A stretch of DNA of 63,388 nucleotides, the filler included, from Saprolegnia diclina VS20 (lineage: Eukaryota): the NCBI RefSeq assembly GCF_000281045.1. It is 5 parts of 2 records of this genome, joined end to end, with 100 filler letters (N's around TTAATTAATTAA, not from the genome) between each part and the next. Parts side by side here need not be neighbours in the genome. Positions count along the whole stretch, not along the records: positions 1 to 19,401 come from NW_008246120.1; 4 more parts are not named here. The stretch is one strand, 5' to 3'. Under the pieces are notes generated by a model, which had not been told where the DNA came from, did not search any database, and saw only the letters and a list, made by a program, of their open reading frames with translations. The stretch's first letter is position 1. Every line of letters begins with the position of its first letter. The translations under genes and the position numbers were made by a program. This document shows, piece by piece, positions 1 through 10,752 of this stretch.

Positions 1-118
1 GCATGCGTGGCGCGTCGTTGACCTGCGCCTGAAAGAGGGTGGCGGCGGCCTCGAGGCCTTCGCGCGTGACGGCGCCTTCCATGACGACGAACGGTCCCGT
101 GTCGGAAGCTAATTGCAT
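1..118 (-). CDS. 5' end of a divergent member of the multicopy PD-(D/E)XK-like nuclease family (runs off window)
   Basis: Manual translation from ATG at 118 gives MQLASDTGPFVVMEGAVTREGLEAAATLFQAQVNDAPRM, which aligns to FSVMDGAITRQGLEAAARVYLSQDEDAPEL in the 56199-57287 protein. Confidence 0.7.
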   Translation of the reverse strand, partial: MQLASDTGPFVVMEGAVTREGLEAAATLFQAQVNDAPRM

Positions 119-1221
119 TGCAGCGAGAATCGTGATGTGAAAGCGCTTCTCCCAGCGGAATTTGTCAACGGACAAGACCATTTTTGGACAGTGCATGATC
201 GATCGGCTGTCTTTTTTATGGCAACATGACACGTTCGTTTTGCTCGTACGGTGCGATCGTCGAGGAGGTACTTCATGGCATCTAGAGAAGAGATGCCGCT
301 TGCAACTCAGCGGCGGCCGAGACCGTACGAATGGTCAAGTTCCGAAAAGACTGGCAACGGCGCGAGACAAGGCCCGTCAAACTTCTTTCTTTTCAGTGTC
401 TTGTGTCTCCACCGAGCTTTCTTAAATAAACGCTGGGAGCACTTTATGCGAGCTGATCTTGCCTCTGCACCAAGTAGGGCGGTATGCCTTGAGTTGAGCG
501 CGGGATGCATCGCCAGTATGGACACCCACTACCATAAGCTTGCTAAATTGAAAGACTCAAAGGGGATGACCATATACTCGTACGGGGTAAAGTCAGACTG
601 GTGATTACTTGAGTCGACAACCGGCAAATATTAAATTCTAGCGGATTTTCAATTAATTTCTAGCGGGTCCTCTGTAGGAGCGATTCCTCGCAAACCGCGC
701 GGCGCGCGTCCTCGTNNNNNNNNNNNNNNNNNNNNNNNNNNNNNNNNNNNNNNNNNNNNNNNNNNNNNNNNNNNNNNNNNNNNNNNNNNNNNNNNNNNNN
801 NNNNNNNNNNNNNNNNNNNNNNNNNNNNNNNNNNNNNNNNNNNNNNNNNNNNNNNNNNNNNNNNNNNNNNNNNNNNNNNNNNNNNNNNNNNNNNNNNNNN
901 NNNNNNNNNNNNNNNNNNNNNNNNNNNNNNNNNNNNNNNNNNNNNNNNNNNNNNNNNNNNNNNNNNNNNNNNNNNNNNNNNNNNNNNNNNNNNNNNNNNN
1001 NNNNNNNNNNNNNNNNNNNNNNNNNNNNNNNNNNNNNNNNNNNNNNNNNNNNNNNNNNNNNNNNNNNNNNNNNNNNNNNNNNNNNNNNNNNNNNNNNNNN
1101 NNNNNNNNNNNNNNNNNNNNNNNNNNNNNNNNNNNNNNNNNNNNNNNNNNNNNNNNNNNNNNNNNNNNNNNNNNNNNNNNNNNNNNNNNNNNNNNNNNNN
1201 NNNNNNNNNNNNNNNNNNNNN

Positions 1222-2669
1222 GAAAAGTAGGCCACTTGGCCGCCCACAAACACCGACCCGTGGCGCTTGTGCATCTCGCCGAGCAGCGCCGAGACGAGCG
1301 ACGACTTGCCTTCGCCGACCGCGCCATGAACGAGCACAAACTCGCCACGCTTGATTTGGAGGTTGATGCCGTTGAAGAGCGGCTTGCCGCTGACGTCCCA
1401 TGCAAACGTGCCGTCGGCAATCTCAATGTCAATCTTCTTTTCAGCGTACGCGTTGAGTTCCGACGTTGAGATGGTCTCGGGCGTCTTGACGACGTCCGTG
1501 TCCTTCTCGTCCATGTCGAGAAACTCCATGATGCGCTTGAGTGCCACGACCGCCTGCATGAGGTTGGCGACGACCTGCGGCAGGTTCATCATCGGGCCGC
1601 GCAGCAATGTAAAGAGCGAGAGCGCGGTGAAGACCTTGGCGGCTGTCACCGCTTGCTGCATCACGAGCGCGTAGATGGCAAACGACGAGACGGTGACGAG
1701 GACCGGCGCCGAGTAGAGGCAGCCAATCTGGACGGACGTGAGCGTCACGAGGTAGCTGAGCGTCGACACTTCGTCGCGGCGGAGCTCGGCAATCTTGTCG
1801 CCAAACTTCTCTTCCCACGCGTTGAGCTTGATGATCTGCATGGCGCCAAAGACCTCGTTCACAGCCTTCATGCGCTCGTCCTTCTGCGTCATGAGCGTCT
1901 TGAACGCGTTGCGCTGGGCATTCGCGAGCACATTGTTGCTGAGGAGCGTGATCGCAATGACGCCGGCGCCGACAAACGTCGCCCACCCAATGACGTCGTA
2001 GAGCATGCCGAGCACGATGAACAGCTGGAGCGGAATCAACCAGATTTGGTTCGTGTACATAGCAAACGAGATGATCCACTGGATGTCGGACGAAAACATG
2101 TTGGCGATTTCGCCGGCCGTCTTTTCACGGCGACAGGCCGCGTCGAGGACGAGGGCCTTCTGGAAGAGAAGGTGCTGCAGCGCCGACGTGATCTTGATCG
2201 TAATGAGCTGGTTCGCGAGGTTGGCGTGCGCCGTGAGGATCGCTTGCAGCGCCTTGACCGCAAAGAGCGAGACGACAAACTTGAGCACGCGCACGAGGTC
2301 AAACGACGGGCCTTCGACCGCGGTCAAGATCGTCTTGAGCACGATCGGGCCGTACAAGGTGCAGCCCAGTGTGAGCGCCTGCAGGAGGCCCACCAAGAAG
2401 AGCCGCCAGCCGTAGAGCGAAAAGATGGTCTTGACGATCGAATGCGACGACGTGAACGACGGCTCAAAGACGCTGCTCACGGCCTTGCACGTGTTTTCCG
2501 GTGCCAGCGGCCAGAGGTCGTCCGGGTCGATCTGGCGTTCGTGGCCAAGCGCGAGGAGCGCGTTCGCCCAGCCAAATGTGATCTTGGAGAGGTAGCCCGC
2601 GCGCGTGAGCGGGTGCGTCACGTCGGCCGCCGGCTTGGCGGTCGCCGCCACCGACATGTACTTGGCCAT
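1222..2669 (-). CDS. ABCC/MRP-type ABC transporter, copy 1 (TMD1 plus start of NBD1; 3' part lost in gap 716-1221)
   Basis: ORF 660-2693, likely start MAKYMSV at 2669. Lasso motif (HPLTRAGYLSKITFGW), IIKLNAWE and Walker A GAVGEGKSS are present. Paralog of 5249-9145. Confidence 0.9.
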
Positions 2670-4439
2670 CGAACTGCTTGCACTCGCCACCACGCCAATC
2701 GAAGAATGGCTTGCTAACCTTGGACCTCGGATCCAGGAACAATCCGCGATCCTGAAACAGCAGGCGGCTTGGTATTTTATTTCACACTCAAAATATGTAT
2801 GCAGAGTGCAATTGTGAAATTAAAATAGAAAGTGCAACCTGGGAACGGCACCCACCCAAGACGAGCCAGTTGGCGAGCGATGATGATGGAGCCGACAACC
2901 CTTGCACGCCATCACGAGTTCGCGAAGGTCGACCGTCATTCTTGCGGCCGCCACACGTGCTACTGTTGATCCCAGTCGACTTCTAGAAGCCAAGCCCATT
3001 TGGGTGCATCGAAAACACCTCTGGGTGGATCGCACGAGACAAGAAGAGAGCGATGATGGACGTACAGGGTATACGAAGGGACGGCCACGAACACTGGCGC
3101 CGACCAGACGTCGTGGCTGCCGACGGTGCCGCGAGAGTGGCACGAATACGCTGCAGGTTGCAAGCAGAGGCTCGTCGCGTGTATGCTGCGGCGCCTGTCG
3201 CGGCTGCATTGCCTCGGCTCACAGTGATGACTACTCTACGCCAAAGGACAGTCCCTTTATCATACAATGCTTGNNNNNNNNNNNNNNNNNNNNNNNNNNN
3301 NNNNNNNNNNNNNNNNNNNNNNNNNNNNNNNNNNNNNNNNNNNNNNNNNNNNNNNNNNNNNNNNNNNNNNNNNNNNNNNNNNNNNNNNNNNNNNNNNNNN
3401 NNNNNNNNNNNNNNNNNNNNNNNNNNNNNNNNNNNNNNNNNNNNNNNNNNNNNNNNNNNNNNNNNNNNNNNNNNNNNNNNNNNNNNNNNNNNNNNNNNNN
3501 NNNNNNNNNNNNNNNNNNNNNNNNNNNNNNNNNNNNNNNNNNNNNNNNNNNNNNNNNNNNNNNNNNNNNNNNNNNNNNNNNNNNNNNNNNNNNNNNNNNN
3601 NNNNNNNNNNNNNNNNNNNNNNNNNNNNNNNNNNNNNNNNNNNNNNNNNNNNNNNNNNNNNNNNNNNNNNNNNNNNNNNNNNNNNNNNNNNNNNNNNNNN
3701 NNNNNNNNNNNNNNNNNNNNNNNNNNNNNNNNNNNNNNNNNNNNNNNNNNNNNNNNNNNNNNNNNNNNNNNNNNNNNNNNNNNNNNNNNNNNNNNNNNNN
3801 NNNNNNNNNNNNNNNNNNNNNNNNNNNNNNNNNNNNNNNNNNNNNNNNNNNNNNNNNNNNNNNNNNNNNNNNNNNNNNNNNNNNNNNNNNNNNNNNNNNN
3901 NNNNNNNNNNNNNNNNNNNNNNNNNNNNNNNNNNNNNNNNNNNNNNNNNNNNNNNNNNNNNNNNNNNNNNNNNNNNNNNNNNNNNNNNNNNNNNNNNNNN
4001 NNNNNNNNNNNNNNNNNNNNNNNNNNNNNNNNNNNNNNNNNNNNNNNNNNNNNNNNNNNNGTTTCCTATTTGCCTCATAGTACACACGCCGGTGTTTGGG
4101 TGTACGGCCTCCCTTTGTCTGGCGTTGTCTTTGAAGCGGAAACGGTCACACATGCAACGGTGCTGTGTGCATCGTAGGATACAAGACAGTCTGTACATCT
4201 GTAGGTTCAGAATTCGCCAATAAAATTGACCACAGTCGTGTCGCAAACCCAACACGGTCCACGTAGGCTGGGTGACCTATCGATTTGTTTCAAACAAATG
4301 TATACAACTCGGTGAGATTTCCTACTGCAGCGGGCTTGCTCTCGCGCAAGCCGCCAAGTTGCCGCTGGGACAGGGCGGGATTTTGCTCACGTGTTCATAT
4401 TTGCATTTCCTCACTTGTCGGTTGCTCGATCTACTCGAT

Positions 4440-4950
4440 ATGCAGATACCAAGCCCACTGGAGTCCGCTGGCTGTGATCTTCCCCGTCCGACGTATCCTT
4501 TGTCGTGCGCAGGCGCTGCGTAGCACGACTGACTGGTGGCCTTGGCATCCAGACGGTCGGCTTTTCCGATGCGCTCTCCATTGGACCTTCCCAGGATCTC
4601 ACGCTCGATGGCGAAGTGTAAGGCCGGACTTGGCAATCTCCCAGTGCGTTGAAGTTCCTCCAGGATGCGTGCGTGGTGCTCGAGCTTGACCACAAGAACC
4701 GGTCTTATTCGGTCTTGGAGCATTGAATCAAGGGGTACATTAATAGCGTCCAGATCCACACAGCCGTCAGCGTCAAGATCTTCGGCGACCAAGGTGGCGA
4801 GGTTGGTCGCTTTGGCGCCGTCGTGCTCAAGTATGTTCTTGGGGAGGGCGGCGCTGCGACGCTACAGTTTGCTGCGAGCTTTGGCACGGCGCCGCTCGCG
4901 CCTAAATCTTTGCACGCGATGAGCGACGAGGTGCGCAATACAGCATTTGT
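4440..4950 (+). pseudogene. Degenerate copy of the PD-(D/E)XK-like nuclease family
   Basis: Manual translation: RPDLAIS (PD at 4624), frameshift near 4663, then CVVLELDHKNRSYSVLEH*IKGY...TAVSVKIFG...RFGAVV...FAASFGTAPL (TGA at 4724). Colinear with LPDLAVF..CMVVEVELKNRSFPRMLRWLRGY..TAVGIKIFG..QFGTIAV..YVASIGTAPL of 56199-57287. Confidence 0.8.
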
Positions 4951-5248
4951 AGACGGGATTGCTCACGGTCCTGTGAGGTTGCCACGTCAGTAACGGCCAT
5001 GCGAGCTGCCACGTCAATAACGGCGCTAGCGAGGCCCCACTGAGTCCACACTTATGTTGTCGAACATTGTGTCTATGCTAGTGCTCATCAACGTACAATA
5101 ATTTCACACACAAGTATAAATCTATGAAGATTTATATTCTCCACGTATTTATATTCTCCACGTATGCGAAGTCTTTGTAGCAACGAAGATAACGCGAGAC
5201 AGGTCCATATAAGTAGTATACATCTATGGTTGTTGTTCCAATATTGCT

Positions 5249-8200
5249 CTACGGCGACGCAAGCACCTTGTCGAGGTACCCGCCTTCGTGGCAGAGCTCG
5301 TAAAAGATGCCAGTGCCGTCGTCAATCAACTGCTGCGGCTTGTCGCACTGCACGAGCCGGCCTTGGTCAAACACGAGAATGCGGTCGCAGTCCAAAACCG
5401 TGTCGAGGCGGTGGGCGATCGTGAGGACGGTCGAGGCCGCAAACTCGGTCCGGATCACGCGCTGGAGGTTCTGGTCCGTCTCGTGGTCAATCGCCGCCGT
5501 CGCTTCGTCCATGACCACGATGCGCGCCTGCCGAAGGAGGGCCCGCGCCATGCACAGCATCTGCCGCTCGCCGACGCTAAAGTTCTCGCCGTTCTCTTCG
5601 ACGTGGCTCTCGAGCTGGCCGTCGACAGACGCGATGCGCGACTGGAGCCGGACTTTACCCAGCGCGTCCCAGAGCTGGTCGTCGCCATAGTCGCTGAACG
5701 GATCCAAGTAGTTGCGCAGCGTGCCCTTGAAGAGCACGGGGTTTTGCGGAATGATCGCGATCGCACTGCGCAGTGTCTTGACGCCCACCGACTTGATGTC
5801 GACGCCGTCGATCGAAATCGAGCCGGACGCGAGCTCGTTGATGCGGAAGAGCGCCATGGTCAAGCTCGACTTGCCGGCGCCCGTGCGCCCGACGATGCCA
5901 ATCTTCTCGCCCGACGCAATGTCGACGTTGACGTCCTTGAGCACGAGCGCATCGTGCTCCTTGTAGCGGAAGCTCATGTTGCTAAACGTCACGTGGCCCG
6001 TCGTCGGCCAGTCGTGGGCCGTCGCACCAGGAATGACACGGGGCGCCTCTGGTTCAATCGCCGCGTACTCGGCCACGCGTTCAGGGCCAACCATCGCCGT
6101 CTCGAGCGACGACCAAATACGGACAATGCTCTCGAGCTGCGGAAGAACCGTGAGCGCGTAGTTCATCACAAGCCCAATGAGACCCGCGTTGAGGTACGAC
6201 CGCATCGCAACGAGCGCGCCCGAGATGACGAGGATCATGACGGCCGAGATGAGCTGGATGCGCAGCGAGAACCACTGCGTCACGACCTGGCTCGCCCACG
6301 TCGCTTGGTTGCTGCCGTCGACATTGTGGTGATGGAGGCGCTGGAAGCGACGCACTTGCTTCGGGCCAAACGCGCGAATCACAAGCGCGCCTTCGATCGC
6401 CTCCGAGATCAAGTTGAGCATCGGCGACCGCGCAGTCTTGTTCAAGCGCTCCATCTCGCGGGCTGGCTGGATATAAAACTGACCGACATTGAGGTAGAGA
6501 AGAAGCAGCGGCAGCAAAATGAGGCCGAGCGACTTGACGACAAAGATCGTCGTGCACAGCGAGAAGCCGACAATGAAGATGTTGGCCGACATGGCGCTCA
6601 GGCTCGACGGAATCTGCTGGTCGACAGTCGACATGTCGCCCGAGTACCGGTTGAGGATGCGGCCAAGTGGGTTGACATCAAAGAACCGCATCGGTGCACG
6701 CAGCAAGGCCGACGTCATGTTGGCAAAGAGCGATCGGGACGCGCGGAGACCCGCAATGTAGATCGAGAGTGTCCGAAACACCGTGAGGATCACGCCGGCA
6801 AACGCAAGCCCCGCGTATATCGAGAGGTACCACGGCGCCTGCAATGCGAACGTCTCGCGCGACTCGGTGGCTGTCGACGCACTCCACTTGCTGAGCCAGA
6901 GGTCGCTGCCGACCGAGAGGCCTTGCCAGAGCGAGAGCACAACTACGAGGTAGATCACCATCGGAAGACCACCAATCTGCTTCATGTAGTTGAAGAAGAC
7001 AGCCGACGAGACACGGCCATGGCTGCGCTCCTCGTCCAGGACGAGGCGGCCGTCCGGGGCGCCTTCCGCGTACACCTTTTCGGTGGCGTCAACCGGCGTG
7101 TACGAGAGCCCGTCAAACTCGGCCGAGTACGGCGTCGTTGCGGATGGCGTCAAGAGCAAGTCAAAGCGGCGCGGCGTCGGCGCGTCATCATCGACCACGT
7201 CATCCGCGACAAAGCCCACGCGCGCCTTCAGTGGCGAGACGAGGATCGGGGCGTCTTGCTTGTCGACTTCAGTGATGAGCAACTTGCCTTGCTTGAGCTC
7301 GATCGACCGGTCAACGTACGAGGACGCAATGATCTCGGGCGAGTGCGTCACGAGCACGATCGTCTTGTGCCGGAGGAGCCCGAGAAAGCACTTGGTGAAA
7401 ATCTCGTTCGACACGATCGCGTCGACGGCCGACAAGGGCGAGTCCAAAAGGAAGATGTCGGCGTCGCTGTAGCAAGCTCTCGCGAGCGAGATGCGCGCTT
7501 TCTGGCCGCCGCTGAGGTTGACGCCTTTCTGGCCAATCTCGGTGCGGTCGCCGGCGGGGAAGAGCGTCAGGTCCTTGCTCAGTGCGCACGCGTCCAGGAC
7601 GGCGTTGTACTTTTTCCGGTCGTACGGCTTGCCAAAGAGGATGTTGTCGCGGATCGTGAGGTTCTGGATCCACGCCTGCTGCGAAAAGTAGGCCACTTGG
7701 CCGCCGACAAACACCGACCCGTGGCGCTTGTGCATCTCGCCGAGCAGCGCCGAGACGAGCGACGACTTGCCTTCGCCGACCGCGCCATGAACGAGCACAA
7801 ACTCGCCACGCTTGATTTGGAGGTTGATGTTGTTGAAGAGCGGCTTGCCGCTGGCGTCCCATGCAAACGTGCCGTCGGCAATCTCAATGTCAATCTTCTT
7901 TTCAGCGTACGCGTTGAGTTCCGAGGTTGCGATCGTCTCGGGCGTCTTGACGACGTCCGTGTCCTTCTCGTCCATGTCGAGGAACTCCATGATGCGCTTG
8001 AGCGACACAAAGGCCTGCATCATGGTCGCAATGATCTGCGGCAAGCTGATCATCGGGTACTTGAGCAGCGTAAAGAGCGAGAGCGCGGTGAACATCTTGG
8101 ACGACGAGAGCGACTCCTTCATGACAAGCGTGTAGACGGCGAAGGAGGCGGTCGTGACGAGCGCCGGAGCCGTGTACAGAAGGAACGTCACCGACGACTG

Positions 8201-9145
8201 GAGACGCCAGACCTTCCAGAGCGTCGTGAGCTCGGCTTCGCGGCACGTTGTGATCTTGTCGCCAAATTTCTCTTCCCACGCGTTGAGCTTGAGAATTTGC
8301 ATGGACCCAAACACTTCGTTGATGACGTTCATGCGCGCGTCCTTGCGCACCATGACCTCCTTGAACGCTGCTCGCTGGGCGCGCGCAATCACGTTGTTGA
8401 TGACCATCGTGAGGAGGAGGACGCCGGCGCCGGCAAAGGTTGCCCACCCAATGACGTCGTAGAGCATGTAGAGCACGATGAGAATCTGGATCGGAATGAG
8501 CCAGAGCTGGTTGAGGAAGATCGAGAAATTGATGATCCACACAATGTCGGTCGAAAACATGTTGGTGATCTCGCCGGCCGTCTTGTCCCGGCGACAGGCT
8601 GCGTCGAGGACGAGGGCCTTCTGGAAGAGGAGATGCTGCAGCGCCGACGTGATCTTGACGGTAATCACTTGGTTGTCAAAGGTGGCGTGCGCAGCGACGA
8701 TCGCCTGCAGCACCTTGACGGCAAAGAGCGAGACGACGTACTGAAGCACAATGGTCACGTCAAAGCCGGCGTCTTCGGCCTCGATGGCCTCGAGCACATG
8801 CCGCAGCACGATGGGCCCATACAGCGTGCAGAGCACCGAGCCCACTTGGAGAAGACCGATGAAGAAGAAGCGCCAGCCGTACGTGGCGAGGATCGTCTTG
8901 ATGACCGACCGCGTCGCGCGGAACTTGGGCTCAAAGACGGCCGAGACGATGCCGCACTTGTTCTCGCTCTGGAGCGGCCAGAGGTCCGACGGGTCGAGCT
9001 GCCGCTCGTTGCCAAGCGTCAGGAGCGGCGTCGCCCACGCATAGAACATCCGCGAGAACCAGCCGGCGGTGTCGACCGGGTGCGTCGACGCCGGCGCCGG
9101 CGCGGCCGACGCCACGCTCTGGTACTTGGCGCCTGCCCGAGACAT
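5249..9145 (-). CDS. Full-length ABCC/MRP-type ABC transporter, copy 2 (TMD-NBD-TMD-NBD), intronless
   Basis: Walker A GAVGEGKSS and GRTGAGKSS, signatures LSGGQKARISLARA and FSVGERQ, Walker B LLDSP and VMDEATA, TIAHRL. Start MSRAGAKYQS at 9145 chosen by homology to copy 1. Confidence 0.96.
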   Translation of the reverse strand: MSRAGAKYQSVASAAPAPASTHPVDTAGWFSRMFYAWATPLLTLGNERQLDPSDLWPLQSENKCGIVSAVFEPKFRATRSVIKTILATYGWRFFFIGLLQVGSVLCTLYGPIVLRHVLEAIEAEDAGFDVTIVLQYVVSLFAVKVLQAIVAAHATFDNQVITVKITSALQHLLFQKALVLDAACRRDKTAGEITNMFSTDIVWIINFSIFLNQLWLIPIQILIVLYMLYDVIGWATFAGAGVLLLTMVINNVIARAQRAAFKEVMVRKDARMNVINEVFGSMQILKLNAWEEKFGDKITTCREAELTTLWKVWRLQSSVTFLLYTAPALVTTASFAVYTLVMKESLSSSKMFTALSLFTLLKYPMISLPQIIATMMQAFVSLKRIMEFLDMDEKDTDVVKTPETIATSELNAYAEKKIDIEIADGTFAWDASGKPLFNNINLQIKRGEFVLVHGAVGEGKSSLVSALLGEMHKRHGSVFVGGQVAYFSQQAWIQNLTIRDNILFGKPYDRKKYNAVLDACALSKDLTLFPAGDRTEIGQKGVNLSGGQKARISLARACYSDADIFLLDSPLSAVDAIVSNEIFTKCFLGLLRHKTIVLVTHSPEIIASSYVDRSIELKQGKLLITEVDKQDAPILVSPLKARVGFVADDVVDDDAPTPRRFDLLLTPSATTPYSAEFDGLSYTPVDATEKVYAEGAPDGRLVLDEERSHGRVSSAVFFNYMKQIGGLPMVIYLVVVLSLWQGLSVGSDLWLSKWSASTATESRETFALQAPWYLSIYAGLAFAGVILTVFRTLSIYIAGLRASRSLFANMTSALLRAPMRFFDVNPLGRILNRYSGDMSTVDQQIPSSLSAMSANIFIVGFSLCTTIFVVKSLGLILLPLLLLYLNVGQFYIQPAREMERLNKTARSPMLNLISEAIEGALVIRAFGPKQVRRFQRLHHHNVDGSNQATWASQVVTQWFSLRIQLISAVMILVISGALVAMRSYLNAGLIGLVMNYALTVLPQLESIVRIWSSLETAMVGPERVAEYAAIEPEAPRVIPGATAHDWPTTGHVTFSNMSFRYKEHDALVLKDVNVDIASGEKIGIVGRTGAGKSSLTMALFRINELASGSISIDGVDIKSVGVKTLRSAIAIIPQNPVLFKGTLRNYLDPFSDYGDDQLWDALGKVRLQSRIASVDGQLESHVEENGENFSVGERQMLCMARALLRQARIVVMDEATAAIDHETDQNLQRVIRTEFAASTVLTIAHRLDTVLDCDRILVFDQGRLVQCDKPQQLIDDGTGIFYELCHEGGYLDKVLASP

Positions 9146-10752
9146 GCTTGTTTCCGAAATGAAAGCGCTCAACGGGTTCGATAGTTCCGACGTTGGCGCG
9201 ATACACTTGGTATTTGTATGGTCGTCGATTTCTTTTATCCGGCATACATCCGGATAAAGCCACCGATGTCGAAGTGATAGCGAGCGGCCGCTGGGACACG
9301 CCACGTGGTCAATGTGTTTAACGCATAGGGTAAACCTGTTCGCTGCAAGCGTGCAACGCTATGTAGCACCGTGCTGATGCGGTACTTTTGCCGGAGCTAC
9401 GACAAGCGGGACGTCGAGTGCAGTCGTGTATGTGTACGTTATAGTCTCCAACTAGAGCGACAGTTTGTCGAGGTCTCTAGAACATAAAACGTGGGAACGA
9501 TTGGTGGTTCAATTTACGGGTTAAACGGGAGCGAGAAGAATGCGACTGGAACTTGGCCATGGATGACGTGGTCATTGATGAAGGAAGGGATGTGGAGGCG
9601 CATACACTCCTTTCAATCTCGGACCACACATTGCGCGGTGCATTCTTCAGCCTTGCGTCGTAAAACGTAAGGTTTAACGTGCCAGCTGGCGGCTGCAACA
9701 GTCCAAGGTTGCGGTCCGAGGTTGCGATTCGAAGGGCAATTATCAGATTTCGTGTTCAGGTTCGTGTTTACCGTACCACGGAGTCCAACTCGACGATGGG
9801 ACGCCAACCAAAGATCGTCGAAAAAACAAGGGGACTCGGTCTGGAGGCCTCCAAGAGATTCATCATTTTCCATTGCCTCGGTGGGCAGTCGTTACCTTCT
9901 ACCGTACGATTCAACAAGGTGTATAAGTCGGCTGCATCGTCATGCAGCAACATGGCTCATCGATGCTTCAAGCACAGTACTTCCGTTTAGAACGTGACGT
10001 TCTTGCTCAAACGACCGCGTTGGGTATCCTGGCGCCGACAAGATTCTGCGAGCGACAAGCACAGCATCCATGTATCCATCGGTCCGTACGTCAGCTCAAA
10101 TCTGGGCCTTGTTGGGTACCAGACAAGTCTATTAATAATAGTCGGTGGGAGATAATTGTGGGAGATGAAGTGTACGAGTATCGTGCAATCTCGCCTCAGC
10201 CTCTTCAAGAAGCTATCGAGCCTTCCGAAGTTCATACGTGTCGTTATGCGAACATATGTGAGTTTACATTATACAAGACGATAGTGCGACCAGGTCTGCA
10301 CTGGCAAAGGCTCCAGTGGTGGTACCGGTACGCCAAGGCATGGCCTGTCGACAGTCTCGTCTCGCGAATAGCGACATGCACTCCTGGCTCGCGGATTACC
10401 CAACCATCATTCTGCATTGTTTTCAACACACGTAAAAAACAAGATCAAAAACATCCCATCCAGCGATTGGATTCGCTGAAGCCTTTTCTTTTTGGCCAAT
10501 CAGCAATGACACGAGTGGGCCACCGCGCCGCACCATGTTTGGAACGCCAACTTCATGATTGAAAATGAAATCGCTCATACTTGGCAGGTGCATAGCATGT
10601 GCTTTGTAGAGCAATACAGGCCAGCCTGCGTCGTCGTTGGACAACTCTAGCGCGAGAAATCGCTCGGACAATTAAATCGGCACATGCCACTTTTGGTCGT
10701 CGAGACGCTTCCCGATGCCGAATCCAAGATCGCAACAACCATCATTCCAGCG

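Noticed and set aside
2902..4255. Long ORFs spanning N gaps (also 35488-36826, 39052-40582, 42204-44415)
   Set aside because: Artefacts of translating through Ns.
4322..4792. 156-aa minus-strand ORF
   Set aside because: Antisense to the plus-strand nuclease pseudogene, which explains the sequence better.
4980..5165. Short direct duplications (TGCCACGTCA.TAACGGC twice; ATTTATATTCTCCACGTAT twice)
   Set aside because: Two-copy local slippage between converging gene ends; no promoter context.
5288..9184. 1298-aa plus-strand ORF and other long antisense ORFs (e.g. 1653-2717, 56250-57305)
   Set aside because: Antisense shadows of GC3-rich genes, with no motifs.
9400..10560. Lower-GC stretch with a 206-aa ORF (9942-10562)
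   Set aside because: No recognisable motif or codon bias; cannot support a gene or transposon call.
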